A DNA stretch of 64,000 nucleotides. Source: an uncultured Pseudomonadota bacterium. Lineage in GTDB: Bacteria > Pseudomonadota > Alphaproteobacteria > Rs-D84. Shown here piece after piece: positions 47,801 through 58,355 of this stretch. The stretch's first letter is position 1; each line of letters opens with the position of its first letter. The translations under genes and the position numbers were made by a program. Location of the stretch: NCBI GenBank assembly GCA_947303585.1, contig CAMYYT010000002.1, forward strand, positions 2,326 to 66,325, given 5' to 3'. The notes beneath the pieces were generated by a model. It saw only the letters and a list, made by a program, of their open reading frames with translations, did not search any database and was not told where the DNA came from.

Positions 47801-47821
47801 TAACAGTATGATTTTACGCAT
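41837..47821 (-). CDS. Giant secreted cysteine-rich repeat protein (1994 aa), with furin-like/ephrin-receptor-like (GCC2_GCC3-type) repeats in the N-terminal half and CWC-motif modules in the C-terminal half
   Basis: Signal peptide MRKIILLTPLLALFSLFTFNAFGA. Dozens of C..G.Y(L/C)....C..CP.G.YC.GG and QG(I/L).(Q/K)CP...P(Y/F)S..G modules. Three about 322-aa super-repeats. Confidence 0.8.
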   Translation of the reverse strand: MRKIILLTPLLALFSLFTFNAFGADITCDAGEFLSKEGGCETCRENYYCKGGTWTPDDKEHGLNQCPEATPYSDKGAKGKGDCYAKTDTIGCDTGSYLPKGDNKCVICPIGSYCSGIKGVTVDNTKDQGIEKCPTTAPYSKIGSSDENSCFDTTTCKNGEFLPAFSYSDCKTCPAGSYCKGGKYPYSETGDQGIEQCPTTSPFSESGSDDSSDCKANLVCLAGTYLGESMLTCSTCPAGYWCSGGTFTNNTATQGMTKCDTATPFSPDGATSSTQCSATIDCGAGVFLAKGGIQCTDCQEGYFCDGTKSPYSYDDKNDQGLTQCPTTAPYSDKGAKGEGDCYGKTTDITCGAGEFLSKDNKCETCWANYYCKGGTWTPDDKEHGLNQCPEATPYSDKGAKGKGDCYAKTDTIGCDTGSYLPKGDNKCVICPIGSYCSGIKGVTVDNTKDQGIEKCPTTAPYSKIGASDENSCFDTVTCKAGEFLPAFSYSDCRTCPAGSYCKGGKYPYSETNDQGIEKCPTTSPFSESGSDDSSDCKANLVCLAGTYLGGGTFVCSICPSGNYCVGGTFTNNTSTQGITKCDTSTPFSPAGATSSTQCSATINCAEGEFLPVEKTDCESCWEGYYCDGTKSPYSYDDKNHQGLTQCPDDKPYSDKGAKGDGDCYAKTTDITCSAGEFLSKDNKCETCWIKYYCKGGTWTPDDKEHGLDQCPTTAPYSNPGAKSESDCYATIYDITCNAGEYLPKDKDYECAECLGGYYCKGGGFYKGQDKDQGLSQCPTTAPYSNPGAKGESDCYAKTDTIDCETGYYLPMGFDKCDICPSGSYCKGGKYSYSETNDQGIEKCPTTSPFSESGSDDSSDCKANLVCLAGTYLGGGTFVCSICPSGNYCVGGTFTNNTSTQGITKCDTSTPFSPAGATSSTQCSATINCAEGELLKAGSTQCDPCWEGYFCSGAKGLSFNDKEDQGLSECSKVDSNNPLSDLGAKSADDCYAAKCEAGEYLPEKSTKCQSCPKAKSCNGGNFKYGAKGPQGFTYSCDAGYYLPADSEDCALCPSDYYCPGVTDVELDEDDDQGLYPCPTSTPYSLPGTASSGECSATMQIICPAGQYLPKNATSCIGCPANYYCPGGIYPYNDSDDQGKIACNVKYPNSDAGSSFLQQCYSTSGSYSCSKINPVSNGTATYANSSSGSITYSDAGRETEDIGACEIISLSCDTGYVKEPSSNGPLANYVNQAHSISKSSTLYRAASGNSGANSGVANGFGDSTGMTDGTAVITWSDGTQIYLDATCNSTAGTSAGEYKEATPKTKSGNSGGAKAGGTDTYCWCQMTGYDIGNGSTSVNDANSVYVPIRSPATCTDNCAEQCVAYFMSNTTVRTNIIGEYGEQMACVEQTYSCDPGYYFPANSTTCTLCEAGYYCPGFTDVPASNISANKPYGRESCPDDHPSSDAGTTDVTFCYYDKTGVDCSTLVKILNTTSVSYANSPVTQRNYYGGGSVVTPFGGCAVTGATCSNAGEVLVGTDGPLANYESPLYGMPSSTSNHNIYYRAIDGSSDNSSGANGNYGDSTGMTNGTFRLVYWNELDITGTASCAVNANGKYDCNCDLTSYKIGSGNTVSVNPAERLFKTDFIDISICEKKCANACAMQLALAPEFGSFGMNKSCGAPVPTYTCAPGEYLPANATVCATCPQNHWCPGGTWEKVSFAQGLSDCPSEFPYSDAGSRDVAFCYRSPATLLCSVINPVRGANVTYANSTAATRIYDPGTVAQTESIGACAISSFTCNAGYTATTPWSDGPLVNYINASRNLNLSATKFKSNDSSTQSGTGEFFGGDATSLNKGTFELVYSNGTKIQGRSSCNSTSGDLFEPKTNGTFNTLSVGKECWCNMTGYHLNGSSAVSVSDTNWVYWDAFGDQNSCATTCTERCIQVLFQPENSNGEYETALFGSYGPNSAPPCNPNSYSITWYDGNNNLETNQCYYDEHLTIPSSATARTGYKIKWQIRTGN
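44900..47760. repeat. About 970-bp near-identical tandem repeats (about 3 copies) inside the giant gene
   Basis: Opposite-strand ORF fragments beginning 45145 and 46117 encode identical 62-aa peptides. A third copy sits near 47137. Period 966-972 bp. Confidence 0.8.
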
Positions 47822-47981
47822 TTTTTTCTCTTTCCTTCGTGTTTAAAACAGTATTACTTTGTTTTAAGTGTAGAAAATTTTTTATTATTTGCGCAAGTAT
47901 TTTTTTCTATTTTTATTTCTTGCTTTTGTTTTTTTTCAAATCTATAATCACGGCATCTATTTATATGAAAGGGGGCGAAGA

Positions 47982-48728
47982 ATGAAATTATCTGAAAAGT
48001 TTAAAAATTTACCAACAATTTGGGTTGTGATTTTGGCTTTTGGTGTTGCGCTGGGTGGTTTTTTTATTGGTAATGGTGTTTATAAATCTTTGGCGCGTCG
48101 TACTGTTACGGTCAAGGGTTTGGCTGAAATGGATGTAATCGCTGATACTGCCATTTGGAATATAAAATTCAATCGTGTTGGTGGTGATCTGGTCAAGGTT
48201 CAATCTGCTGTGGATGAAGACCTTAATAAAACACATAAATTCTTAACTGATAACGGATTTGAAGAAAACGAAATTCAAAATTTGCGCGTGACAGTGCGTG
48301 ATAAATATGCGGGGTATAGTGATGCCCAACGCAAAGATGCTGACAGTAATGACAGATATGTTATCGAAACTGGTGTTATGGTGCGTTCAAATTCTGTAAA
48401 TTTGGTTGATGGTGTTTCGCGCAAAATGGGTGATTTAGTGCGCCAAGGTGTGACTGTGACCGAAGATTATGCGGGACCAATTTATGTCTTTAATGGACTT
48501 AATGATATTAAAATAAAAATGATAGAAGAAGCAACGAAAAACGCAACTGCCGCGGGGGAACAGTTCGCCAAAGACGCTAATGCAAAATTGGGTAAGATTC
48601 AATCTGCTAACCAAGGATTGTTCAGCATAACTGCGCGCGACCAAACAGATGCTTGGTCTGATAATGAAAAGCAATCTATTAATAAACGCGTCCGCGTGGT
48701 ATCTACAATTACATTTTATTTAAGATAA
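47982..48728 (+). CDS. SIMPL-domain periplasmic protein (DUF541; BP26/Omp28-like)
   Basis: RBS GAAAGGGGG before ATG 47982. N-terminal TM anchor, DUF541-like core. Confidence 0.65.
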   Translation: MKLSEKFKNLPTIWVVILAFGVALGGFFIGNGVYKSLARRTVTVKGLAEMDVIADTAIWNIKFNRVGGDLVKVQSAVDEDLNKTHKFLTDNGFEENEIQNLRVTVRDKYAGYSDAQRKDADSNDRYVIETGVMVRSNSVNLVDGVSRKMGDLVRQGVTVTEDYAGPIYVFNGLNDIKIKMIEEATKNATAAGEQFAKDANAKLGKIQSANQGLFSITARDQTDAWSDNEKQSINKRVRVVSTITFYLR

Positions 48729-48733
48729 TAATT

Positions 48734-48760
48734 CCCCGCTTGATGCGGGGTATTTTTTTT
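48734..48760 (+). terminator. Rho-independent terminator
   Basis: CCCCGCttgatGCGGGG + TATTTTTTTT. Confidence 0.7.
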
Positions 48761-48782
48761 CACTAATTAACCCTTGCACTAA

Positions 48783-50792
<2,010 letters not shown>

Positions 50793-50803
50793 AAGGAAAG
50801 GGT

Positions 50804-52575
50804 ATGCACAAAGATACAAAAGAAAAAGATTTACAAACCACAGAGCCAAAGAAAAAGCGTTCTTTGAAATCACGTTTGTTAATCTTTTTTGTTAATCTGT
50901 TTTTAGTGTTGGTTGCTTGTATTGGTCTGTATGTTTTATTTGTATTTTTACAAATGCCATCATTGGATGCAATATTACATGAAACACGTGAACCTGCGAT
51001 AGTCTTTTTGGACAAAAACGGACGCGAAATTCGCGCAGATGGTCGCATTATGGGGCGGCGGTAAGTGTTGATAATTTACCTCCGCACGTCTGGCAGGCTA
51101 TTGTTGCTATTGAAGATAAAAGATTTTTTGAACACGGTGCTATATCTTATCGTGGCACTTTTCGCGCAGTAGTATTAAATATGTTTCATGGACGATTTGC
51201 AGCAGGCGGTTCTACTATAACACAACAAACAGCCAAGAATATATTTTTGTCTCGTGACAAGAAAGTGTCGCGTAAGATTCAAGAATTAATATTGTCAATG
51301 TGGTTGGAAAACAGGTTTACAAAAAATCAAATTCTTGATTTATATATGAACAGAATTTCTTTGGTGGGTGGACATCGTGGTATTGACGCGGCGGCTACAA
51401 ATCTGTTTGGGCATGGCGCGCGAGAATTGACTTTGGCAGAATCAGCACAAATTGCGGCTATGTTAAAGGCTCCGACGCTTTATAGTCCTTTGAAAAACCC
51501 AGAAAGGAATATTTTACGGGCCAAGGTCATTTTGAAAGAAATGGAAAGACAAGGGTATATCAGTGAAAAAGAAATGCAATTGGCTTTTCAAAATTTGAAA
51601 CCAGCACCAGAAAACCCTGATAAGAATATCTATCGTTATTGGACAGATTTTGTTCGTGATGAAATAGAATCTCGAATTGGCAGCATAGATAAAGATTTGT
51701 ATGTATATACCACCATAGACACAGGTCTACAAAAACGGGTTGCCGCATCTGTGCGCGCAGGTATTGGCGAATACGAAGGTGCAGCTGTCGCTGTTTCTCG
51801 CGATGGCGCAATACTTGCTATGGTTGGTGGGGATGATTATCAAACCAGCCAATTTAATCGTGCAACTGCGTTGCGTCAACCAGGGTCTGCGTTTAAACCA
51901 GTGGTATATCTGGTAGCTTTGGAAAACGGTATGACACCAGATGCTTATGTAAATGATTCTCCGTTTTCGATTGGTGATTATAATCCAAAAAATTACGACG
52001 AACGTTATTATGGTGGTATAACTTTGGCAACAGCATTTGCCAAAAGTGTAAATTCTGTACCGTTGAAACTAACCAAAGAATATGGTATTGATTCTGTGTT
52101 GAATATGGCGGCACGCTTGGGGGTTGGGGCAAATCTTAAACGCGAATATTCAACGGTTTTAGGTGCTTCGGAAATGAGTTTGTTGGATTTAACAACAATA
52201 TACGCAGTAATTTGGAACGACGGAAATTCTGTTCATCCATATTCAATAACAAAGATAACTGATGCATATGGCAATTTTATCTATGCGCGCAATCCATCAG
52301 AAACGATTACAATATTGCAACCGCAAACGGTCGAATATATGCAAGATTTATTGCACGAAGTTGTTACACACGGCACAGGTAAACGTGCAAACGCTGAAAA
52401 TGTATTAGGCGGAAAAACAGGAACCAGTAATGACAACAGGGATGCTTGGTTTGTTGGTGCGACGCCTGAGTTTGTAATGGGAATTTGGGTTGGTCGTGAT
52501 GATAATACACCAATGTCTTCCAAAGTCACAGGTGGTACAATTCCGGCCACAATTTTCCACGAAATTGTGAAATAA
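50804..52575 (+). pseudogene. mrcA: Penicillin-binding protein 1A (bifunctional transglycosylase/transpeptidase), interrupted by a frameshift near 51052-51064
   Basis: TM + start of GT51 domain in frame 2 ends at TAA 51062. GT51 continues in frame 1 (AVSVDNLPPHVWQAIVAIEDKRFFEHG...) into the 464-aa ORF. Junction at GGGGCGGCGG run. Confidence 0.6.
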
Positions 52576-52682
52576 ATTTCTTGATTTGATTAATAATCTG
52601 TCTGTTGAGAAAGGTAAACACTATAATTTATGGAAAATGCAAAGCGGTGGTTTTTTCCAAGAAAAATAAACAGAAAAACAAA

Positions 52683-52703
52683 AAAGCCCCAAAAAGGGGC
52701 TTT
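52683..52703. terminator. Bidirectional terminator
   Basis: AAAGCCCCaaaaaGGGGCTTT flanked by U-tracts on both strands. Confidence 0.65.
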
Positions 52704-52715
52704 GTTACAGTTTTA

Positions 52716-53753
52716 TTACAATGTTGGTGTTAAAATATCTTGCATCTTTTTTATTTCTGCTGCGTTTTTGTTAAATAGACCTGTTGTTTTCATTTTTGCC
52801 AGTTCTATTTTTAATTGCTTTAACATCGTGCTTTGTTTGTCGTTTGTTGCTTGCAAACGATTCATTTCTTCAACCAATTTTTCGTTTTTATATTGAAGTT
52901 CTTCTTTCTCTTTACTCGTTTCGTCTAACATATTGTTGTATTGGTTGCTAATAGAGTCTTTTTCACGTGTTATTTCTTCTATACTATTACGAGCTGTTTG
53001 TAATTGTTGTTTTGTTTCTACAAGCTCTTCTTCCAAGGATTTTTGTGTGTTCGCCATGTATTCCGGGATGTTGGCAGACAAAATTTTATTAATATCAAAT
53101 TCTTTTTTTATTAGTTTTACATAATCTGGTTCTGATTCATCCAAAGGCTGTATTGCAAATTTTGCACTATCAGAAATGTTTTTCAAATTTTCAGGATTTG
53201 GAAAATCTTTGTGCATTTCTTTATCTAATTCTTGTTTACACATTTCGATTACTGTACGAATAAGGTTTTTATCACGAGAGTTCAAAGCAAGTTGAGACTT
53301 GAAACTTAGTGGCGCCAAAGGATTATTAATAATTAAAGTGCTGACAATTTTTGCATTTTTTTCACCAATTCTTTTTGAATCTGGTGTAATTTGTCGCAAA
53401 ATACTATATTGATTTTTTTCATCAAACATAGGCAGTTTGTTTAATACCAGCAATACAGAATTTTCATCGGGTTTTTCATCAAAGATACATTTAATAAAAT
53501 TCCAATAAGCCTTGAAATCTTGGGCATATTGTGATTCTGGGTTTTTATAGCAATTATATATATGTTTCCAAATATTGTTATATGTCGCATCTTGCGTATC
53601 CGTGTAACGTTCTAGTTCTTTTTCGTTCGACGGACCGTTATATGCATTTTTTCTGAATAATTCATCAATATATTCAACAAAACCTAAGGTGCGGTCAGTA
53701 CCAAATAAATCTTTGGTAAACTTATTTTTATCAAAAGTTACTTCCTGTGTCAT
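52716..53753 (-). CDS. Hypothetical protein with C-terminal coiled-coil (no signal peptide)
   Basis: 345-aa ORF. C-terminal about 90 aa heptad-rich (LEEELVETKQQLQTARNSIEEITREKD...). Confidence 0.5.
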   Translation of the reverse strand: MTQEVTFDKNKFTKDLFGTDRTLGFVEYIDELFRKNAYNGPSNEKELERYTDTQDATYNNIWKHIYNCYKNPESQYAQDFKAYWNFIKCIFDEKPDENSVLLVLNKLPMFDEKNQYSILRQITPDSKRIGEKNAKIVSTLIINNPLAPLSFKSQLALNSRDKNLIRTVIEMCKQELDKEMHKDFPNPENLKNISDSAKFAIQPLDESEPDYVKLIKKEFDINKILSANIPEYMANTQKSLEEELVETKQQLQTARNSIEEITREKDSISNQYNNMLDETSKEKEELQYKNEKLVEEMNRLQATNDKQSTMLKQLKIELAKMKTTGLFNKNAAEIKKMQDILTPTL

Positions 53754-53875
53754 AAAAACTCCTTTCTTTTATTATTTATTCATTTTATCATTTTTTTTCG
53801 TTAATTCAAACCATAATTTATTTGATTTGCTTTTTGTTTTGGTAAGTGATATGCTACCTTCCGCAAGAGATAAAA

Positions 53876-54889
53876 ATGTCAGTAAAAACGAAACGTTTTT
53901 TAAAGAAACTTATCAGTTATGCAGGCGTATTCTTTTTCATAGTTGCAGCAGGAATGCTTTATTGGCAACTTCGCAATTATTCATTAATGGATATCGCACG
54001 TGCATTATGGCACATACCATTTACTAATCTGGTTTTGGCGTGCATAGCATGCTTTTTCGGATACTTGGCGTTGTCGCTTTATGATTATTTAGCGTTGGAT
54101 TATGTCGGACGCAAAGTGTCTTGGTGGAAATGGATGTTGGCTGGAATGTTGGGCTTTGCAATCAGCAATAATGCTGGGCATGCGGTGGTAAGTGGTGGCG
54201 CGATAAGATATCGTTTGTATACTCGTTGGCGGGTTCCTGGCGGCGATATTATAAAAATGTTGACTTTTTCTGGTTTTACATTTTTTCTTGGCTATGCCGC
54301 AATAGCGGTTATTGGTTATTTCTTAGTGCCAAATGATATGTTTGCGCATTCTGCAGGGGCATCATTTGGCGTGAACGGGTTGTTTATTGTGTGTGCGTCT
54401 GTTTTGTTGGCGTATTATGCGATATCAATCATGTTCAAAAATAAAAGTATTCGTATCGGCGAAATAAAGTTCCATATACCATCTTTCGGGGTGTCTATGG
54501 TCCAAACTATTTTGGGTATAATGGATGCGCTTTGCGCGGGTTTGGTTCTTTATTTCTGTATAATCCCATACATAGATTTGCCGTTCGGCGTATTTATTGG
54601 GTTATACGTGATAGCGATGGTGGCTGGGGTATTTAGTCAAGTCCCCGGCGGCATAGGTGTATTTGAATCTGTGTTTATGGTGGCGTTGCCAGAAACGGCT
54701 GACAAAGCCAGTATATTCGGTGCATTATTGGCATACAGAATAATTTATTATGTTTTGCCTTTGATAGGAGTAGGGGGATTGTTCTTTATCTATGAACGCT
54801 GGTTGCGTGCGCGTATGAAGCGTTGGCTGGAAGAAGCAAAACAAAAAATTCCTCATATCCAATTGCCACATAAAAAACATGAAGACTAA
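53876..54889 (+). CDS. UPF0104-family integral membrane protein (lysylphosphatidylglycerol-synthase TM-region / flippase-like)
   Basis: About 8 TM helices, conserved R/W-rich loop (IRYRLYTRWRVPGGD). ATG 53876 in frame with the GTG at 53846. Confidence 0.55.
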   Translation: MSVKTKRFLKKLISYAGVFFFIVAAGMLYWQLRNYSLMDIARALWHIPFTNLVLACIACFFGYLALSLYDYLALDYVGRKVSWWKWMLAGMLGFAISNNAGHAVVSGGAIRYRLYTRWRVPGGDIIKMLTFSGFTFFLGYAAIAVIGYFLVPNDMFAHSAGASFGVNGLFIVCASVLLAYYAISIMFKNKSIRIGEIKFHIPSFGVSMVQTILGIMDALCAGLVLYFCIIPYIDLPFGVFIGLYVIAMVAGVFSQVPGGIGVFESVFMVALPETADKASIFGALLAYRIIYYVLPLIGVGGLFFIYERWLRARMKRWLEEAKQKIPHIQLPHKKHED

Positions 54890-55099
54890 GATAAAAACAC
54901 CTTGCCTTTGAAAAACGCCTTTGCTATTCTTTACGATGTTGTATTTAATGGGGTAGAAAAGTGTTAGTATTGTCGCTTTTTACAAATGTTCGAATTGCGC
55001 TTATGGGTATCGTGGCGTGTTTCCTTGGCATGGGCGGGGTTGCCCCACAGGAACGGACTTTGTCCATTTTATACACCCACAACACAAAAGGATTAATAA

Positions 55100-56899
55100 A
55101 TGTCAAAAAAGATATATGTGGATGGTGTTCATCCCGAAGAAACACGGGTGGTGGTGGTAGATACTGTTACGAATCGTGTGTCTGATTTTGATGTTGAAAC
55201 AACGACCAAGCCCCAGATAAAAGGGAACATCTATCTGGCCAAGGTTATTCGTGTCGAACCATCACTTCAGGCAGCATTTGTAGATTATGGAACTGGGAAA
55301 AACGGCTTTTTGCCATTTTCTGAAATTCATCCAGATTATTACCAGGTTACACCTGAACAAAAGAAAAAATTATTGGAATTAGCGCATGCTAATATCGTTG
55401 ACGACGATGATGACCCTGATGACGAAGCGGACGAAGTTGCAGATTACGATGATCACAGCGCGGGCGAAGATAACAAAGAGTTTCTTAAACGTGCACATGA
55501 ATTCAAAATTCAAGATGTGATTAAACCAAAGCAAATCTTGCTTATCCAAGGTGTCAAAGAAGAACGCGGACAAAAGGGCGCTTCTATGACAACATATTTG
55601 TCTTTGGCTGGTCGTTTTGCGGTTTTAATGCCTAATTCCAGAAAACGCAACAGTTACGGTATTTCAAAGAAAATATCTGACAAAGCAGAACGTGCGCGTT
55701 TGCGCGAAATATTGCACAGCCTTAAAATACCAAAGGGTATGACGGTTGTGTTAAGAACTGCTGCAATGGGCGCCAATGCTGACGATATAACCAAAGATTA
55801 TGAATATTTGACTTCACTTTGGAACGATATTCGTAAAACAACCCTGGAATCTGTTGCACCGGTAATAATTCATACCGAAGATTCATTACTTCGTCGTGTT
55901 GTCCGTGATTTTATTTCTGACAAAGACGATATTATGTATGTCCAAGGGGCAGAGGCATTTGATGAAGCAAAAACATATTTTCAGCAAATGTATGGTCGTG
56001 CGCCGCGTAAACAATTGGTTCAATACAAAGATGCTGCTGTGCCTTTGATGACCAAAGCGGGTGTTGAAAAACAATTGGAAGGATTACACGGTCCATACGT
56101 GGTATTGCCTTCTGGTGGTTCTATTGTTATCAATCAAACGGAAGCTATGGTAACAATCGATGTTAATTCTTCGCGTGCTATCAAAGAAAAAGATATTGAA
56201 CAAACTGCGTTGAATACTAATTTGGAAGCGGCGGAAGAAATCGCACTTCAATTGCGCTTGCGTGATTTGGCTGGTATTGTTGCGATTGACTTTATTGATA
56301 TGGAAGAAGAAAAGAACAATCGTAAACTTGAACAAAAAATGCGCGAAGTTATGAAACACGACCGCGCACGAACCCAAGTTGCAAAAATCAACGCATTTGG
56401 TGTTTTGATGCTGTCGCGTCAAAGATTGCGCAGTTCGTTTATAGAATCTTCGTATGTTGCTTGCCCGCATTGTATGGGGGCTGGCGTTGTGCCAAGTATT
56501 CAAACAGCATCTATTATTTTGTTCCGTCATTTACAAGAAAAACTTTTGGCGAAGCCAGCTCAAAAGATAATAATGACGGTTCCAAGTGATGTTGCAATTT
56601 ATCTGTTGAATCAAAAACGCGCAGAATTAGCTGCGATGGAAAAAGAATTCGAAACAGAAATTGTAATTGTTGGTGACGACAGTTTAATGAATATTGATCA
56701 ATATTCAATACAACGTGTTGCGGCGGAAAATGTCAAAACAGACGATGTCTTGAACGCGCACGAACCTTCTACGGACGCGAAAAAGAAAAATGCACAACAT
56801 GTAGAAGCTAAAAAAGTAACTACAACTGCACCGCGTCATCGCAAACCAATTAAAAAGCAACAAAAGAAAAAGTCTTTATGGAAAAAATTGGTTGGATAA
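55100..56899 (+). CDS. Ribonuclease E/G family endoribonuclease
   Basis: S1 domain and catalytic core (..LDIEVNLTRAAN-like region, DxxxD..), acidic insert, basic C-tail. Confidence 0.8.
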   Translation: MSKKIYVDGVHPEETRVVVVDTVTNRVSDFDVETTTKPQIKGNIYLAKVIRVEPSLQAAFVDYGTGKNGFLPFSEIHPDYYQVTPEQKKKLLELAHANIVDDDDDPDDEADEVADYDDHSAGEDNKEFLKRAHEFKIQDVIKPKQILLIQGVKEERGQKGASMTTYLSLAGRFAVLMPNSRKRNSYGISKKISDKAERARLREILHSLKIPKGMTVVLRTAAMGANADDITKDYEYLTSLWNDIRKTTLESVAPVIIHTEDSLLRRVVRDFISDKDDIMYVQGAEAFDEAKTYFQQMYGRAPRKQLVQYKDAAVPLMTKAGVEKQLEGLHGPYVVLPSGGSIVINQTEAMVTIDVNSSRAIKEKDIEQTALNTNLEAAEEIALQLRLRDLAGIVAIDFIDMEEEKNNRKLEQKMREVMKHDRARTQVAKINAFGVLMLSRQRLRSSFIESSYVACPHCMGAGVVPSIQTASIILFRHLQEKLLAKPAQKIIMTVPSDVAIYLLNQKRAELAAMEKEFETEIVIVGDDSLMNIDQYSIQRVAAENVKTDDVLNAHEPSTDAKKKNAQHVEAKKVTTTAPRHRKPIKKQQKKKSLWKKLVG

Positions 56900-56904
56900 A
56901 CAAA

Positions 56905-56930
56905 AAGCACCGCATCCGCGGTGTTTTTTT
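56905..56930 (+). terminator. Rho-independent terminator
   Basis: CACCGCatcCGCGGTG + TTTTTTT. Confidence 0.65.
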
Positions 56931-57020
56931 AAAGTAAAAAAATTCCTAAATATCAATTTTAGTTGTTGCAAAAAAAATTGCATATCATTATAATTACAAA
57001 AGTAAGAGAGAAAAAGAACG

Positions 57021-58226
57021 TTGATGAAAGTGCTTTTTACATCGATTTTTGCGCTGTTCTTGGCGACTTCAGCGTGGGCCACAGGCGAATTATCGGCGCC
57101 TGCCACTTGTAATACCACGGATCTAGGGGTCAGTTCTGGTACATTAAATGTAGATTTGGTATGGGAAGCAAACAGAATAAACACATCGTGGTATACTGGA
57201 TACGGCGATAATACACAAATAACGGGTGCAAACATCCCAACTTCTTGTAATTACGATTCGGCAATATCTTTGCCTGCTGCGCCATCGCGTCCAGGGTATA
57301 ATTTTGTTGGTTGGACATTAAAATGTTCTTTGCCACCGTTAGATTCGTCAGATACGGGAACAGATTACGGTTATATAAATGGGGACAGCCCGGAACCTTA
57401 TGCAGATAATGCACAAACATATGGGTTAACACAGCCACAAACTTGGGGTGCGACGTTTGTACCTGGAAAAATGACGGGAAGTGCGATGTGCAGTGCTTAC
57501 GCTGGAAATAATCATAATTATGCATGGGGCGGAACATCTTCTGATTGGACGGCAGATACAGCAACTTTGACTGGGACTAGTGGAAGTGCTACCTATTGTT
57601 GGTGTCGCGTTGATGCCTTTACACCAACCAGTGGGCAATGGTGTGATTTTTCACCACAAAAATGGGTGTTTAACCACGGGTTTAATTCGACAACGGGCTG
57701 TTCAGAGGCTTGCGCATCAGAATGCACACAATCATTGCGTGGTATATTAGAATTCCGTGCCGCAGTATACGCCGCCGCTACGCCTGTTTCTGTATGTCGG
57801 ATACCTGCTGCAGTCGCGGCACAAGATATAGGTACTGCAATGGCAGCTAAAAGCTTTTTGGGTGACGCATATAACAATACCTATGGTGGTGCGACACCTG
57901 AAACATATGGTCTGACTCAGGCTGGGCAATGGGGTGTGTCGTGGCAGACTGGTGACAAAGTTGTAGGAGAAGCAATGTGTAGTGCTTCTTCAAGTGGGGT
58001 TCCTGTTGCTTCTACTGGAAATGAAGCTGCGAATTGTTGGTGTAAAGCAACTGGTTATATTTCCGCGAGTAATTCACAGTGTTCTTTTTCTGATTCTTCT
58101 TGGGTCTTGATAAATAATAATGGTGCGGAATATTGTTTACAATGGTGTACATATGAGTGTGCTAACTATGTTAGAACATGGGAAGATATTCGTGTGATGA
58201 TATTAAACGGTCTTTTTGCTCAATAA
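57021..58226 (+). CDS. Secreted cysteine-rich protein sharing the CWC module with the C-terminal half of the giant protein
   Basis: Signal peptide MMKVLFTSIFALFLATSAWA. Motifs ATYCWCRVDAF...QWCDFSPQKWV and AANCWCKATGYIS...CSFSDSSWV parallel TYCWCQMTGYDIG / ECWCNMTGYHLNG in the giant protein. Confidence 0.65.
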   Translation: MMKVLFTSIFALFLATSAWATGELSAPATCNTTDLGVSSGTLNVDLVWEANRINTSWYTGYGDNTQITGANIPTSCNYDSAISLPAAPSRPGYNFVGWTLKCSLPPLDSSDTGTDYGYINGDSPEPYADNAQTYGLTQPQTWGATFVPGKMTGSAMCSAYAGNNHNYAWGGTSSDWTADTATLTGTSGSATYCWCRVDAFTPTSGQWCDFSPQKWVFNHGFNSTTGCSEACASECTQSLRGILEFRAAVYAAATPVSVCRIPAAVAAQDIGTAMAAKSFLGDAYNNTYGGATPETYGLTQAGQWGVSWQTGDKVVGEAMCSASSSGVPVASTGNEAANCWCKATGYISASNSQCSFSDSSWVLINNNGAEYCLQWCTYECANYVRTWEDIRVMILNGLFAQ

Positions 58227-58321
58227 GATAGTTTTTTAATTGTATTTTTACCATAAAATTAAGATTTTATCCGTTCGAAATCACGGGTAAGAATATCCCA
58301 TAAAAAAATTGAAAGAAATTT

Positions 58322-58349
58322 TTGCTTATTGAAAAATTTGTGATATAAT
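58322..58349 (+). promoter_or_regulatory. Promoter TTGCTT-16-TATAAT with extended -10 (TTTGTGATATAATG)
   Basis: No ORF downstream. Transcript would end at the terminator at 58464-58488. Confidence 0.45.
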
Positions 58350-58355
58350 GAAAGT

